64,000 bases of DNA, taken from assembly GCA_040285825.1 (NCBI GenBank), contig JAUPSS010000011.1, positions 879,658 to 943,657 on the forward strand. Direction: 5' to 3'. The position numbers and the translations under genes are program-made. Below, piece by piece: positions 50,657-62,378 of this stretch. Origin of the DNA: Eukaryota sp. TZLM1-RC (lineage: Eukaryota; Protista; Metamonada: BaSk clade). The notes beneath the pieces are model-generated. The model had not been told where the DNA came from, did no database searches, and saw nothing but the letters and a program-made list of their open reading frames with translations. Every line of letters begins with the position of its first letter. The stretch's first letter is position 1.

Positions 50657-52432
50657 GTGAAACAAGGTGATCCTCTTGGCCCTTTGCTGTTTTGTTTGGC
50701 TATTCATAATATTATTAAAATGACACAACAAGATTTCCCTGATTTGCGTATTGTTGCCTATATGGATGACATTTCTATTATTGGTTCTTTTGAAAGCATT
50801 TCTAGGGTTTCTGAAGACATTGCGGCGAAATACAAAGAAATTGGTTTAGCTTTGAACCCATCTAAATGTCTCTTGATTGGTAGAGAAAAACAATATTTGA
50901 TGATTGGTGGAGCTCAGATTCCTTTTATCAATTATGACCAACAAGCTTTTAAGTTTCTTGGATGTTGGCTTGGCAATTTGGATGAAATTTATTCCCAATT
51001 AAACAATTTATTGGAGAAGTTTGACAAGGATCTTAGTTTTATTGCTGAATGTGACATTGAGAAACACATCAAATTTTTTATTTTAAAAATTTGTTATTCT
51101 GGAAAATTCACTCATATTTTAAGGTCAACTCCCCCTTCGGTATCTCTCAATTTTTGCAGATCTTTTAACAAACTTCGAGTCAAATTTTTTTCTTCTTTAT
51201 TAGAAGTAAATGAATCTTTAATTCGAAGTCATGTATTTTGTTCAGCAGATTTGGGTGGAATTGGATTCACCAAATCTTCGATTCTGTGTAAAGCAGCATT
51301 TTTGGGAGGTAAAAATTTTGTTTTTGAATTTTTCCAAAGGTTCCCTTTTGATGTTCATCTGATCAATGGTGAATCAAATTTTTACTTGAATCAACTGCAA
51401 TGTGAATTAGAAAATTTGCCTAGTGATATCTGGATTCAGTGTTTTCCTCAAAATGTTCAAGAAATTCCCACTCGATCACTTCCAAATTTACGTTTTTGCT
51501 TGAAAAAGCTTCAGCACCATCTGGTTAAATTATATGAAGGCTTGGATTATGAAGTAAGACTTGGCTTGGCCAAAACTAAAAATCCCGCTTTCGGTAATTT
51601 TTTAAAGGATATTCGTGATAGTTCTGCTGCTGCTTTAGTAACTCAAGTTCCCTCTGTTTATGGACTTTTGTTAAAAGACAATGAATGGCTTCTAAACATG
51701 CGTTTTCGTTGTTTTCTGTGGCCAAACAATTTGCCCAATCATTTAACTTGTAAATGTGGTAAACCTCTTTTGTTTACTCATCTTTTGAACTGTAAACATT
51801 TCATTACGTTTAGAAGCAAAGTGCATAATAACGTCGGGGACCAAATTTATGTAATGTGCGAATCATATCGTGTAGATTCCTTTTTAGAACCGCTGTTATC
51901 AAAATTAATTCTTGATGATCCCAATATTGATAGTACGCGTTACAACAGAGCTTCTATGGGTCTGACTAGAGGTGATCTAGTTGTTCCTGGTTTAAATGGT
52001 AGTTTTACTATTTTGGACGCCATGTCTATTGACCCTTGTAATTCCTCTAACGAACATTTCATTAACTCGGATGTAAATAATCCTCTTCTTGCAGGCGAAA
52101 AATATAAAATTGCTAAATATGCGAAACCCATTTCCTCGGTTAATGAAAATTCTCATGCCCAATATAATTTATGTCCATTTGTTTTTTCTTTGCTTGGATC
52201 TCTAGGTAAGGCTGCTATGGCTTTCCTTGAGGATTTTGTTGTAGTTGTAAAGGAAAGAACTGGAAGAATTTTCAATCGTGTTTACTGGCAAAACAGGATT
52301 GTATTTTCTATTTTTAAGGGAATGGTAACACTAATTTCTGATTCACTATCTTCTGTTGGGAAATTTTCTGAATCTTTAGCGATTAATTGTTTTGATGTAG
52401 GGGAGGCAGGTTTTGAGGATGTGGAGTTTTAA
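50657..52432 (+). CDS. Family B polyprotein fragment: RT C-half, zinc finger, RLE
   Basis: 591 aa; QGDPLGP, YMDD, CKCGKPLLFTHLLNC, RGDLVV..D, KIAKY. Confidence 0.88.
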   Translation: MKQGDPLGPLLFCLAIHNIIKMTQQDFPDLRIVAYMDDISIIGSFESISRVSEDIAAKYKEIGLALNPSKCLLIGREKQYLMIGGAQIPFINYDQQAFKFLGCWLGNLDEIYSQLNNLLEKFDKDLSFIAECDIEKHIKFFILKICYSGKFTHILRSTPPSVSLNFCRSFNKLRVKFFSSLLEVNESLIRSHVFCSADLGGIGFTKSSILCKAAFLGGKNFVFEFFQRFPFDVHLINGESNFYLNQLQCELENLPSDIWIQCFPQNVQEIPTRSLPNLRFCLKKLQHHLVKLYEGLDYEVRLGLAKTKNPAFGNFLKDIRDSSAAALVTQVPSVYGLLLKDNEWLLNMRFRCFLWPNNLPNHLTCKCGKPLLFTHLLNCKHFITFRSKVHNNVGDQIYVMCESYRVDSFLEPLLSKLILDDPNIDSTRYNRASMGLTRGDLVVPGLNGSFTILDAMSIDPCNSSNEHFINSDVNNPLLAGEKYKIAKYAKPISSVNENSHAQYNLCPFVFSLLGSLGKAAMAFLEDFVVVVKERTGRIFNRVYWQNRIVFSIFKGMVTLISDSLSSVGKFSESLAINCFDVGEAGFEDVEF

Positions 52433-52452
52433 TTGTGTATTTCATATTTGTT

Positions 52453-53083
52453 TTTTTTTGAATTAATTTATTTTTATTTTTTTTAAAATTTAATTTTATT
52501 CTAAACCTATAAATCAACATCTAAAAATCCATCTCTCCCAAAACAAAAACACTAGATGCAACTCTCTCATAGTGAGATCCAAGAGAAAGCAAAGCATCAG
52601 AAACCATCTTCAACATTCCTTTAAAAATAGAAAACACAATTCTATTGCCAAAACAATCTGTTGAAATTTCTGCCAGTTCTTCTCTTTACAATCATTTCAA
52701 AATCATCCAAAAAACGTAAAGCAGTTGGTGCAAGTGAACCAAAAAGGGAAAATACAAATGGATACAAATTGTATTTTGCATGCTGTAGAGTGGCCAATTT
52801 GGACAAAGGTTCATTGTATTTTTTGAATTTAAAATTTTCAGCATTTGAAAGGGGATTATGAATTTCAGAATTAACAAGCCTTTCATTTGAGGCATTACAA
52901 GGATCAACAGACATTACATCCAATAAAGTGAAGGTTCCATCTAATCCAGGTAATATGACATCACCTCTATTATTCTTATGAAAATCATTTTCAGCATCAA
53001 ACATATTTGACAACAAAGGTTCCAAGAAGGATTCAATTCTATGAGATTTACACATACAATATAACTGGTCTCTTACAGCATCA
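52453..53083 (-). mobile_element. Family A 3' copy in the 3' UTR of B
   Basis: TSD atttcatatttgtt at 52439-52452 and 53085-53098. Confidence 0.9.
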
Positions 53084-53282
53084 AATTTCATATTTGTTGT
53101 TGAATAAAAATAAACAATATTTAAAAAAAAGGATTCAATTCTATGAGATTTACACATACAATATAACTGGTCTCTTACAGCATCATGAACCTTGCTTCTA
53201 AAAATAATAAAATGTTTACAATTTAACAAAATTCAATAAATTATATATTTTCTTCAATGATTCAAAATTCAATAAATTAAAT

Positions 53283-54665
53283 AATTTGCACACTTGATTA
53301 AATTAAATCATAACTAATGGGACGACTATCATTAAACCAAGATTTCCTCTACAAAATCTTGATTTGCTTGCTGTCTAGCTAAAGCTTCTCTAATTCGATT
53401 GAAAAACCGCGGTACTCTATTAATAATGGCAAATTGAATCCGTGAACGCCATAAAAAAATATCAAATCTTTTCATTGTTTTTTCTTTCACCATTTTTTGG
53501 AAGTCATCCAATTTCCTGATGATTCTCATCTGTTAGTCCCCAATTGTAGTCCCTATTTGTATGAGTTATCTTGTGAACTTGAAAAATTACCGCCACAAAT
53601 TTGGACCAAATGTTTTCCTCAATCAATTCAAGAAATTCCAAACCGATCTCTATTTAATTTACAGTTTTGCTGTAAAAAGCTTCAACAAAAATTGTCAAAG
53701 ATTTTTGAAAGCTTGGATTTTGATGTTAGACTTGGCTTGGCCAAGAAAAAGAATCCCGCTTTTGCAAATCTTTTACAAGATATGTGTGACAGTACTTCCT
53801 CTGCCTTAGTAACAACAATTCCACAAGTTTATGGTACTCTCTTATCCGATTCTGCTTGGACTCTGAATATGAGATTTCGTTCCTTTATCTGGCCTGATAA
53901 TTTACCTCATAATTTAATTTGTAAATGTTCTCGAGAAATTACAACTACTCATTTGTTAAATTGTAAACATTTTATTACTTTTAGAAGCAAGGTTCATGAT
54001 GCTGTAAGAGACCAGTTATATTGTATGTGTAAATCTCATAGAATTGAATCCTTCTTGGAACCTTTGTTGTCAAATCTGTTTGATGCTGAAAATGATTTTC
54101 ATAAGAATAATAGAGGTGATGTCATATTACCTGGATTAGATGGAAGCTTCATTTTATTGGATGTAATGTCTGTTGATCCTTGTAATGCCTCAAATGAAAG
54201 GCTTGTTAATTCTGAAATTCATAATCCCCTTTCAAATGCTGAAAATTTTAAATTCAAAAATATAATGAACCTTTGTCCAAATTGGCCAGTCTACAGCATG
54301 CAAAATACAATTTGTATCCATTTGTATTTTCCCTTTTGGTTCACTTGCACCAACTGCTTTACCTTTTTTGGATGATTTTGAAATGATTGTAAAGAGAAGA
54401 ACTGGCAGAAATTTCAACAGATTGTTTTGGCAAAATAGAATTGTGTTTTCTATTTTTAAGGGGATGTTGAAGATGGTTTCTGATGCTTTGCTTTCTCTTG
54501 GATCTCACTATGAGAGAGTTGCATCTAGTGTTTTTGTTTTGGGAGAGATGGATTTTTTTAGATGTTGATTTATAGGTTTAGAATAAAATTAAATTTTTTT
54601 TTAAAAAAAAAGTCATCCAAAAAAGTTTCTGCTTCAACTGATAATCTTCCATTTATCGAAAATGG
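53283..54665 (-). mobile_element. Family E 3' piece (53283-53511 + 54610-54665)
   Basis: ORF ends QDFVEEILV*. Confidence 0.88.
53511..54609 (+). mobile_element. Family A 1.1 kb copy, antisense in E
   Basis: TSD aagtcatccaa at 53501-53511 and 54610-54620. Confidence 0.92.
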
Positions 54666-54961
54666 GCCAAGAAAAAAAATCCCGCTTTTGCAAATCTTTT
54701 ACAAGATATGTGTGACAGTACTTCTTCTGCCTTAGTAACAACAATTCCACAAGTTTATGGTACTCTCTTATCCGATTCTGCTTGGACTCTGAATATGAGA
54801 TTTCGTTCCTTTATCTGGCCTGATAATTTACCTCATAATTTAATTTGTAAATGTTCTCGAGAAATTACAACTACTCATTTGTTAAATTGTAAACATTTTA
54901 TTATTTTTAGAAGCAAGGTTCATGATGCTGTAAGAGACCAGTGATATTGTATGTGTAAATC
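54665..54961 (+). mobile_element. Family A internal fragment
   Basis: ORF 54708-54944; joins D at tgtaaatc. Confidence 0.8.
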
Positions 54962-55334
54962 GCTTGATACATTACGGCCTCCATGTAAGATTGCGAATGT
55001 TCTCAGTCCCAAGGCTTCCATTCCCTTTTCTGTTGCGTTTAGAACATTCAGTCTTGCTTTGAAAAAAGGAGAATGGGATATATTTTCTATTTGGAAATTC
55101 TTCCTTGAACAAAAATCAGGTTCTCGTCCCCAAAAGGTTTTCACTCCAAAGAAACAACCCAAGAATAAGACTGTACGAAAACTTTTGCTACGTGGGAGAT
55201 ATGGTTCAGGGAAAAACGCTCTGTTCTCATCTGATCTTGCTCCTGTGACTGATGAAACTGTAAATCAATTAGTGGATCTGCATCCAGCTGAATTTCTTAA
55301 TTTGGATAAACCATCTGCTTCACAATTTTGGAAA

Positions 55335-56140
55335 ATTCCCAACATTTACGGCCTTCTACTTAATGATCACCAATGGACCACTGCAATGAGATTGAGATGT
55401 TTTCTATGGCCTTGCTCATTGCCAAATGATTTAATTTGTCGCTGCAAGAGTGTTGTTACGCTTTCCCATATTTTAAACTGTAAGTATTTCATAACTTATC
55501 GCTCACTTGTTCATGACTCAGTTCGTGATCAATTATATGCCATGTGCAAAAGTTTCAATATAGAGGCATTTATTGAGCCACTAGTACGTAAGCTGTCTTC
55601 AGATCAAACTGATGATTCCTTTGGTAAAAGAAGGGCAGATTTAGTAGCTCCAGGGATCGATGGTGTTCTCAATGTTGTAGACGTTGTCTCAGTGGATGTT
55701 TGCAAAAATTCTGCTGCTCGTTTAGTGTATTCCGCTGACTCGCCGTTATCTAACGCCGAAAAAAAGAAGATAAAAAATATGAAGAACCTTTGGCACAGTT
55801 AGGTAGAGTGGAACATGTGAAATATCAGTTTGTGCCGTTTGCAATTTCTCTTTTTGGCAATATTGGACCTTCAGGCTTGCACTTTTTGGAAAATTTTAAA
55901 AAAGTGTTACTGAATAGGTCTGGTAAAACAATGAACTCCACTTTCTGGTTAAATAGAATTGTTTTTTTGCATTTTCAAGTCTATTCCAACAATGATTTCA
56001 AAGGCACTTTTAGCTATTGGTGTAGAATATGAACGTAATGCTGTGAGTAGGTTCAGTAATAGTGACGCTTGTTTGGAGGATATTGAATTCTAGATGGTTA
56101 TTTTTATCTCAATAAATATTCCAGTTTTTAAAAAAAAAAA
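55335..56140 (+). mobile_element. Family C 3' 0.8 kb in D
   Basis: TSD aattt(t)ggaaa at 55324-55334 and 56141-56150; stop at 56091-56093; A-tail. Confidence 0.9.
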
Positions 56141-57532
56141 AATTTGGAAACAAAATCCACTTTCTGAAAAAGAAGTTGAAACTGCCATTTTCCGTCTTCC
56201 ATCTGGAAAAGCTCCAGGTCCATCTGGAATTACTTTTGATATGCTGAAATCTATGTGCCGCCAAAATGCCTTTATTATTAAAGATTTATGTTCCTTTTTT
56301 CAAGATGTTTTGACAATGAAAATTGTTCCCCCCAAAGAATTAAGTGCATCACGGTTAGTGGCTTTAACTAAACCTAATGGAAAAGTTCGCCCAATTGCCA
56401 TTGGTGAAGCCATTTATCGCCTGATGTCTTCAGTAATTTTTAATCGAGTTTCAACAAAAGCTAAAGAATACTTTTCACCATTCCAATATGGAATCAAAAC
56501 CATAGATGGACCTTCAGTTGCAGCTTTGACATCTGATCTGTTTTTCAATTGTCACGAAAATAGTTGCATTTTTAATCTTGATTTCAAAAATGCTTTCAAT
56601 TCAGTGAAAAGAGATTCAATTTGGAAAAATCAAATCAAATTTTCCTGAACTCGAAACCTTTTTTTATAGGTTTTAAGGTAATTCATCTGATTTAATTTTT
56701 AATTCTTTTAATCTGGATTCTTTATCAGGAGTTAAACAAGGAGACCCTTTAGGTCCTTTCTTTTTTTGTCTTGCAATTCACCCAATTTTGAAAAAATTAA
56801 AAGAAGAAAATTCTGACCTTCAAGTGGTAGCTTACATGGATGACATTTCTTGTATTGGTCCTGAAAGTACAATTAATAGAGTTGCTAATGAAGCTGCTAC
56901 AATATACCAATCCATAGGTCTTGATTTGAATGTTCAAAAATGTTTTTGTATTTCTAGAAAAAATGTTAAGTTAATAATTAATTCCCTCGAAGTTCCATAT
57001 ATTGATTATACTTCAACTAGTTTCTGCTTTCTGGGTTGCTATTTAGGTTCCGCCGAAAAGACACTTGACAGCCTTGAAAATTATTTAAATTCAATTAAAA
57101 AAGAGCTAGAAGTCATAAAGACTCTTGAATTGGAAAAACATCTTTTTATTACCCTTTCAATATGGTATAAATACTACAGATGGAGTCTCTTCAGCGATTT
57201 TTGCTACTGATGTCTTATTTCGTCAAAATGAATCCAATGTTTGCATGTCATTGGATTTTAGTAATGCTTTCAATTCGCTAAGTCGTCGCAGTATCCATGG
57301 TGCTCTATTGCAATATATGCCAGAATTAATACCATATTTTCAATCAACATATTGCACATATTCTAATTTACATTTTGGTAACAACATTTTGATTTCATCA
57401 AGTGGCGTAAAGCAAGGAGATCCGTTAGGACCTCTTTTGTTTTGTTTGGCCATTCATCCTATTCTACTGCAAATTCAAGAGATGTTTCCTTCACTAAAAA
57501 TGATTGCATATATAGATGATGTTGTGCTTATT

Positions 57533-57866
57533 TTTTTTTTAAAAAATTTAATTTTATTCTAAACCTATAAATCAACATCTAAAAAATCCATCTCTCCCAA
57601 AACAAAAACACTAGATGCAACTCTCTCATAGTGAGATCCAAGAGAAAGCAAAGCATCAGAAACCATCTTCAACATCCCCTTAAAAATAGAAAACACAATT
57701 CTATTTTGCCAAAACAATCTGTTGAAATTTCTGCCAGTTCTTCTCTTTACAATCATTTCAAAATCATCCAAAAAACGTAAAGCAGTTGGTGCAAGTGAAC
57801 CAAAAAGGGAAAATACAAATGGATACAAATTGTATTTTGCATGCTGTAGACTGGCTGTAGACTGAC
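57533..57866 (-). mobile_element. Family A 3' 330 bp, antisense in E
   Basis: TSD tgttgtgcttatt at 57520-57532 and 57867-57879. Confidence 0.92.
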
Positions 57867-58130
57867 TGTTGTGCTTATTGGTGAATTAAATATTGTGAAA
57901 AAAGCAACTGTATGATTTAAAGAATTATTTACCAAAATTGGTCTCCGACTTAATTTACTTAAATGTGTTTTGTTATCGAATTCTCCAGTTTCCACAATAA
58001 TTGATGATATTGAAATTCAAGCCAAATTATATTCAATTGATGCTATTCGTCATTTGGGTTCGTTTTTAGGAAATAATGATGAAATTACCAAAAAATTGTT
58101 TGAAAAGTTGAACTCAATTTCTGACAAATT

Positions 58131-58253
58131 TTTTTTTAAAATTTAATTTTATTCTAAACCTATAAATCAACATCTAAAAAATCCATCTCTCCCAAAACAA
58201 AAACACTAGATGCAACTCTCTCATAGTGAGATCCAAGAGAAAGCAAAGCATCA
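58131..58253 (-). mobile_element. Family A 3' 120 bp, antisense in E
   Basis: TSD gacaa(a)att. Confidence 0.85.
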
Positions 58254-58659
58254 AGACAAAATTGACAAAATTGACCGAATGATGAATTTAGATATAAAAA
58301 AACACATCAAATTTACCATTATAAGACTGTGTTTTAGTTCCAATTTTAATCATATATTTCGATCTACAAATCCTCTCGTCACTAGACCTTTGGCTCAAAA
58401 GTTTAATGAGTTACGTGCAAAAGTTCTGTCTCAATTACTGGGATGTAAAATGTTTCAAATTCCAGATCATGCTTACCTTAGTCCACAATATGGTGGTTTA
58501 GGGTGGACGAAGGCTTCTATTCTTACCTCGTGTGCTTTTGTTGGTGGATGCAGAAATGCAATCTTTGAGTTCTCCGAAAGATTTGCAGATTGGGAAGATT
58601 TATTGATGACAACGCAAAGTTCCACTGTTTTTGCATTAAATGAAGAAATTTCAAGAATT

Positions 58660-59384
58660 TTTTTCTTAAAATTTAATTTTATTCTAATCCTATAAATCAA
58701 CATCTAAAAAATCCATCTCTCCCAAAACAAAAACACTAGATGCAACTCTCTCATAGTGAGATCCAAGAGAAAGCAAAGCATCAGAAACCATCTTCAACAT
58801 CCCCTTAAAAATAGAAAACACAATTCTATTTTGCCAAAACAATCTGTTGAAATTTCTGCCAGTTCTTCTCTTTACAATCATTTCGAAATCATCCAAAAAA
58901 CGTAAAGCAGTTGGTGCAAGTGAACCAAAAAGGGAAAATACAAATGGATACAAATTGTATTTTGCATGCTGTAGACTGGCCAATTTGGACAAAGGTTCAT
59001 TGTATTTTTTGAATTTAAAATTTTCAGCATTTGAAAGGGGATTATGAATTTCAGAATTAACAAGCCTTTCATTTGAGGCATTACAAGGATCAACAGACAT
59101 TACATCCAATAAAATAAAGCTTCCATCTAATCCAGGTAATATGACATCACCTCTATTATTCTTATGAAAATCATTTTCAGCATCAAACAGATTTGACAAC
59201 AGAGGTTCCAAGAAGGATTCAATTCTATGAGATTTACACATACAATATAACTGGTCTCTTACAGCATCATGAACCTTGCTTCTAAAAGTAATAAAATGTT
59301 TACAATTTAACAAATGAGTAGTTGTAATTTCTCGAGAACATTTACAAATTAAATTATGAGGTAAATTATCAGGCCAGATAAAGG
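58660..59384 (-). mobile_element. Family A 3' 725 bp, antisense in E
   Basis: TSD aatttcaagaatt at 58647-58659 and 59385-59397. Confidence 0.92.
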
Positions 59385-60532
59385 AATTTCAAGAATTGAT
59401 GTAGAAAAATGGGGTCGATGTTTTCCCCAATCATTCAATGGCAATATTCCAGAAAAAAATGTTTTAAATTTGAAGTACACTCTTCGAACATTACAGAACA
59501 GATTGACTGGAATGTATGAAAAAGATCTTTATAATAATATTTGCAGCTCGGCTGTTTTAAATCAAGATCTTCACTCATTGTTATTGGAAAAGGGTGTTTG
59601 TGAAAACAAGGTGTCAGATTCTTCACTTTTTGTAACCATTGTACCACGAAGATTTGGATTGTGTGCTACTAATGAAGCATTTGTAACAAAGATGAGATTA
59701 TATTTGAACATCCCCATTAACCAATTATTATCAAAAGAAAAATGTATTTGTTCGAATTCACCTCAACTCACTTTGCGCCATGCTCTAAATTGCTCTAAAT
59801 TGATAACTTATCGTTCTTCATTACATGATGCTGTTAGAGACACTGTTTTCAATATGGCACAAACTGCAAGGATATCGTGTATCAAAGAGCCCCTGCTGAA
59901 AGAAACACTTTCTCTGAATAATTTTGGTTCTGATGATAGAGGTGATGTATACTGTGATTGGATTGATAATTCTGAAGCTATTGTTGACTTTGTCTCATGT
60001 AATGTTGCAAACGATACTTTGGTTCACAGAAGAAAACTTAATCCTGTGGCTGCTCTGGATTTTAAAGCAAAAGAAAAACATAGAAAATATGATAAAGAAA
60101 TTGAAGATGCAAATATCGATAGAAATACACAGCTGGTTTTTATTGCTTTTCCATTTTCGATAAATGGAAGATTATCAGTTGAAGCAGAAACTTTTTTTGG
60201 ATGACTTCCAAAAAATGGTGAAAGAAAAAAACAATGAAAAGATTTGATATTTTTTTATGGCGTTCACGGATTCAATTTGCCATTATTAATAGATTACCGC
60301 GGTTTTTCAATCGAATTAGAGAAGCTTTAGCTAGACAGCAAGCAAATCAAGATTTTGTAGAGGAAATCTTGGTTTAATGATAGTCGTCCCATTAGTTATG
60401 ATTTAATTTAATCAAGTGTGCAAATTCAATAAATTAATAATAATTTAAAAACATCTTAAGTTTTTTCTTTTGAAAATTTGTTATGCTGGAAAAATTACTC
60501 ATTTACTGCGATCATTACCTCCATCCCTAACT

Positions 60533-61932
60533 TTTTTTTAACATACTTTTAATTTATTTTCAAAACCACAGTCTAAAAGTCAATATCTTCAAAACAAGCT
60601 TCCACACCATCAAACCTTACAGCAGCAATGTTTTCATAATGTGCACTGACAGACATTAAAGCTTTCGAAATCATTTTAGGAATTGATTTGAAAATAGTAA
60701 AAACAATACGATTTAGCCACAAGCGACGATCAAAACGCTTATTCATTCTTTTTTTCACAAGATTTTCAAAATCATCAATAAAATTCAAAGCAGTTTTTCC
60801 AAGACGACCATGCAACGATATAGCAAATGGGCAAATTTGGTAATCTACATGGCGAACATGTTTCAATTCTTTTAAAGGATTTGCATACTTTTTCCGTTTG
60901 TACAATTCGGAGTCATCAAGGGGGGATACTTCGGATTGAGCATTTTTCAAGGCATTTTTCTTGCAAACATCCACTGTTACGACATCAACAACATTCATGA
61001 CATCATCAAACGAGGGCACAACAACATCAGCACGTCGTTGTCCATATTCTTACGCTTTCATTTATATCAAGAGACCTCAACAAAGGTTCTACAAAAGATT
61101 CAATATGATAGGAATTACACATTGCATGGATTTGATCTCTGACTGCATCATGCAACGTAGAACGATAGGAAATATATCTATTACAATTAAATAAATGTGA
61201 TAATGTCAAACCAGCTCCACATTTACAAAACTAATCATTGGGCAAATTACAAGGCCATAAATAACAACGCATTCTCATAGCAGTGGTCCATTGGTCGTCA
61301 TTCAAAAATAGACCATAAATCTGGGGAATTTGATTTATCAAAACTGCAGATGAACTGTCCTTCAAACCAATCAAAAAATTGGCAAAAGCAGGATTTTCTT
61401 TCTTAGCCGTGCTAAGTCGAACAATAAAATCCTTGTTTTCAAAATTTTTCAAAAGATGTCGTTGGAGCTTTTTCAACGCAAATTTTAATGAATATAAACT
61501 TCTGTCTGGAATTTCCTGAATGGATATGGGGAAACATGATTGCCATAAGTCGGGAGATAAACTGGATATTTCTTCTCTTAAGTTATCCAGGAATATGCTA
61601 TTTGTATTTTCAAGAAGATTTTCGGCAAAAGGATATCTTCTAGAGAATTCAAATACAAAATTTTTCCACCACCAATAAATGCAGCTTTGGTCAAATATTT
61701 TGATGAATTGAATCCAACACCGCCAAGTTGAACATCAGAAAAAATATGATTTTTCAAAATTGATGGATCAACAGACATTAAATAAGCCAAAAATTGGGTA
61801 CGTATTTTTGTTAAATTGTCTACAAAAATTGTAAGTTAGGGATGGAGGTAATGATCGCAGTAAATGAGTAATTTTTCCAGCATAACAAATTTTCAAAAGA
61901 AAAAACTTAAGATGTTTTTCCAATTCAAGAGT
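60533..61932 (-). mobile_element. Family D 3' 1.4 kb, antisense to the adjacent D
   Basis: ORF 60573-61019 ends CFEDIDF*; HDAVRD, RRAD; tail at 60533. Confidence 0.9.
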
Positions 61933-62378
61933 AAAATTGTATTTTCCATGCTGTAGACTGGCCAATTTGGACAAAGGTTCATTGTATTTTTGAATTTAAA
62001 ATTTTCAGCATTTGAAAGGGGATTATGAATTTCAGAATTAACAAGCCTTTCATTTGAGGCATTACAAGGATCAACAGACATTACATCCAATAAAATAAAG
62101 CTTCCATCTCATCCAGGTAATATGACATCACCTCTATTATTCTTATGAAAATCATTTTCAGCATCAAACAGATTTGACAACAGAGGTTCCAAGAAGGATT
62201 CAATTCTATGAGATTTACACATACAATATAACTGGTCTCTTACAGCATCATGAACCTTGCTTCTAAAAAGTAATAAAATGTTTACAATTTAACAAATGAG
62301 TAGTTGTAATTTCTCGAGAACATTTACAAATTAAATTATGAGGTAAATTATCAGGCCAGATAAAGGAATTTCAAGAAT
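61933..62378 (-). repeat. Duplicate of about 58953-59397 (A piece with its E-derived TSD)
   Basis: Shares junction taaaggaatttcaagaatt. Confidence 0.8.

Larger units (their letters stand above)
49475..53130 (+). mobile_element. Family B near-full copy (49475-52452 + 53085-53130)
   Basis: ORFs 49519-50034, 50072-50479 and 50657-52432; tail at 53100-53130. Confidence 0.92.
49349..53229 (-). mobile_element. Family A pieces (49349-49480 + 53129-53229) flanking a B insertion
   Basis: Collinear, with about 245 bp of A missing between them. Confidence 0.7.
57145..60446 (+). mobile_element. Family E 5'-truncated copy (about 2.1 kb) in D, split by three A insertions
   Basis: TSD aaaaacatctt at 57134-57144 and 60447-60457; DFSNAFNS, QGDPLGP, AYIDD, CICSNSPQLTLRHALNC, RGD. 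Confidence 0.9.
54954..60532 (+). mobile_element. Family D copy (54954-55334, 56141-57144, 60447-60532)
   Basis: LRGRYGS, RPIAIGE, KQGDPLGP, AYMDD; last piece overlaps the D copy at 61840-61932, linking it to the D tail. Confidence 0.85.

Noticed and set aside
2985-59093. Recurrent short ORFs (MKFLPVLL..., MILVMPQM..., MGFAYLAI..., MSYLVNLK...) as separate genes
   Set aside because: They are antisense or alternative-frame shadows that recur only because the element is repeated.
464-62090. Programmed frameshifting or a non-standard genetic code
   Set aside because: Frame breaks sit at different homopolymers in different copies, typical of long-read error or decay; ORFs end consistently at TAG/TAA.
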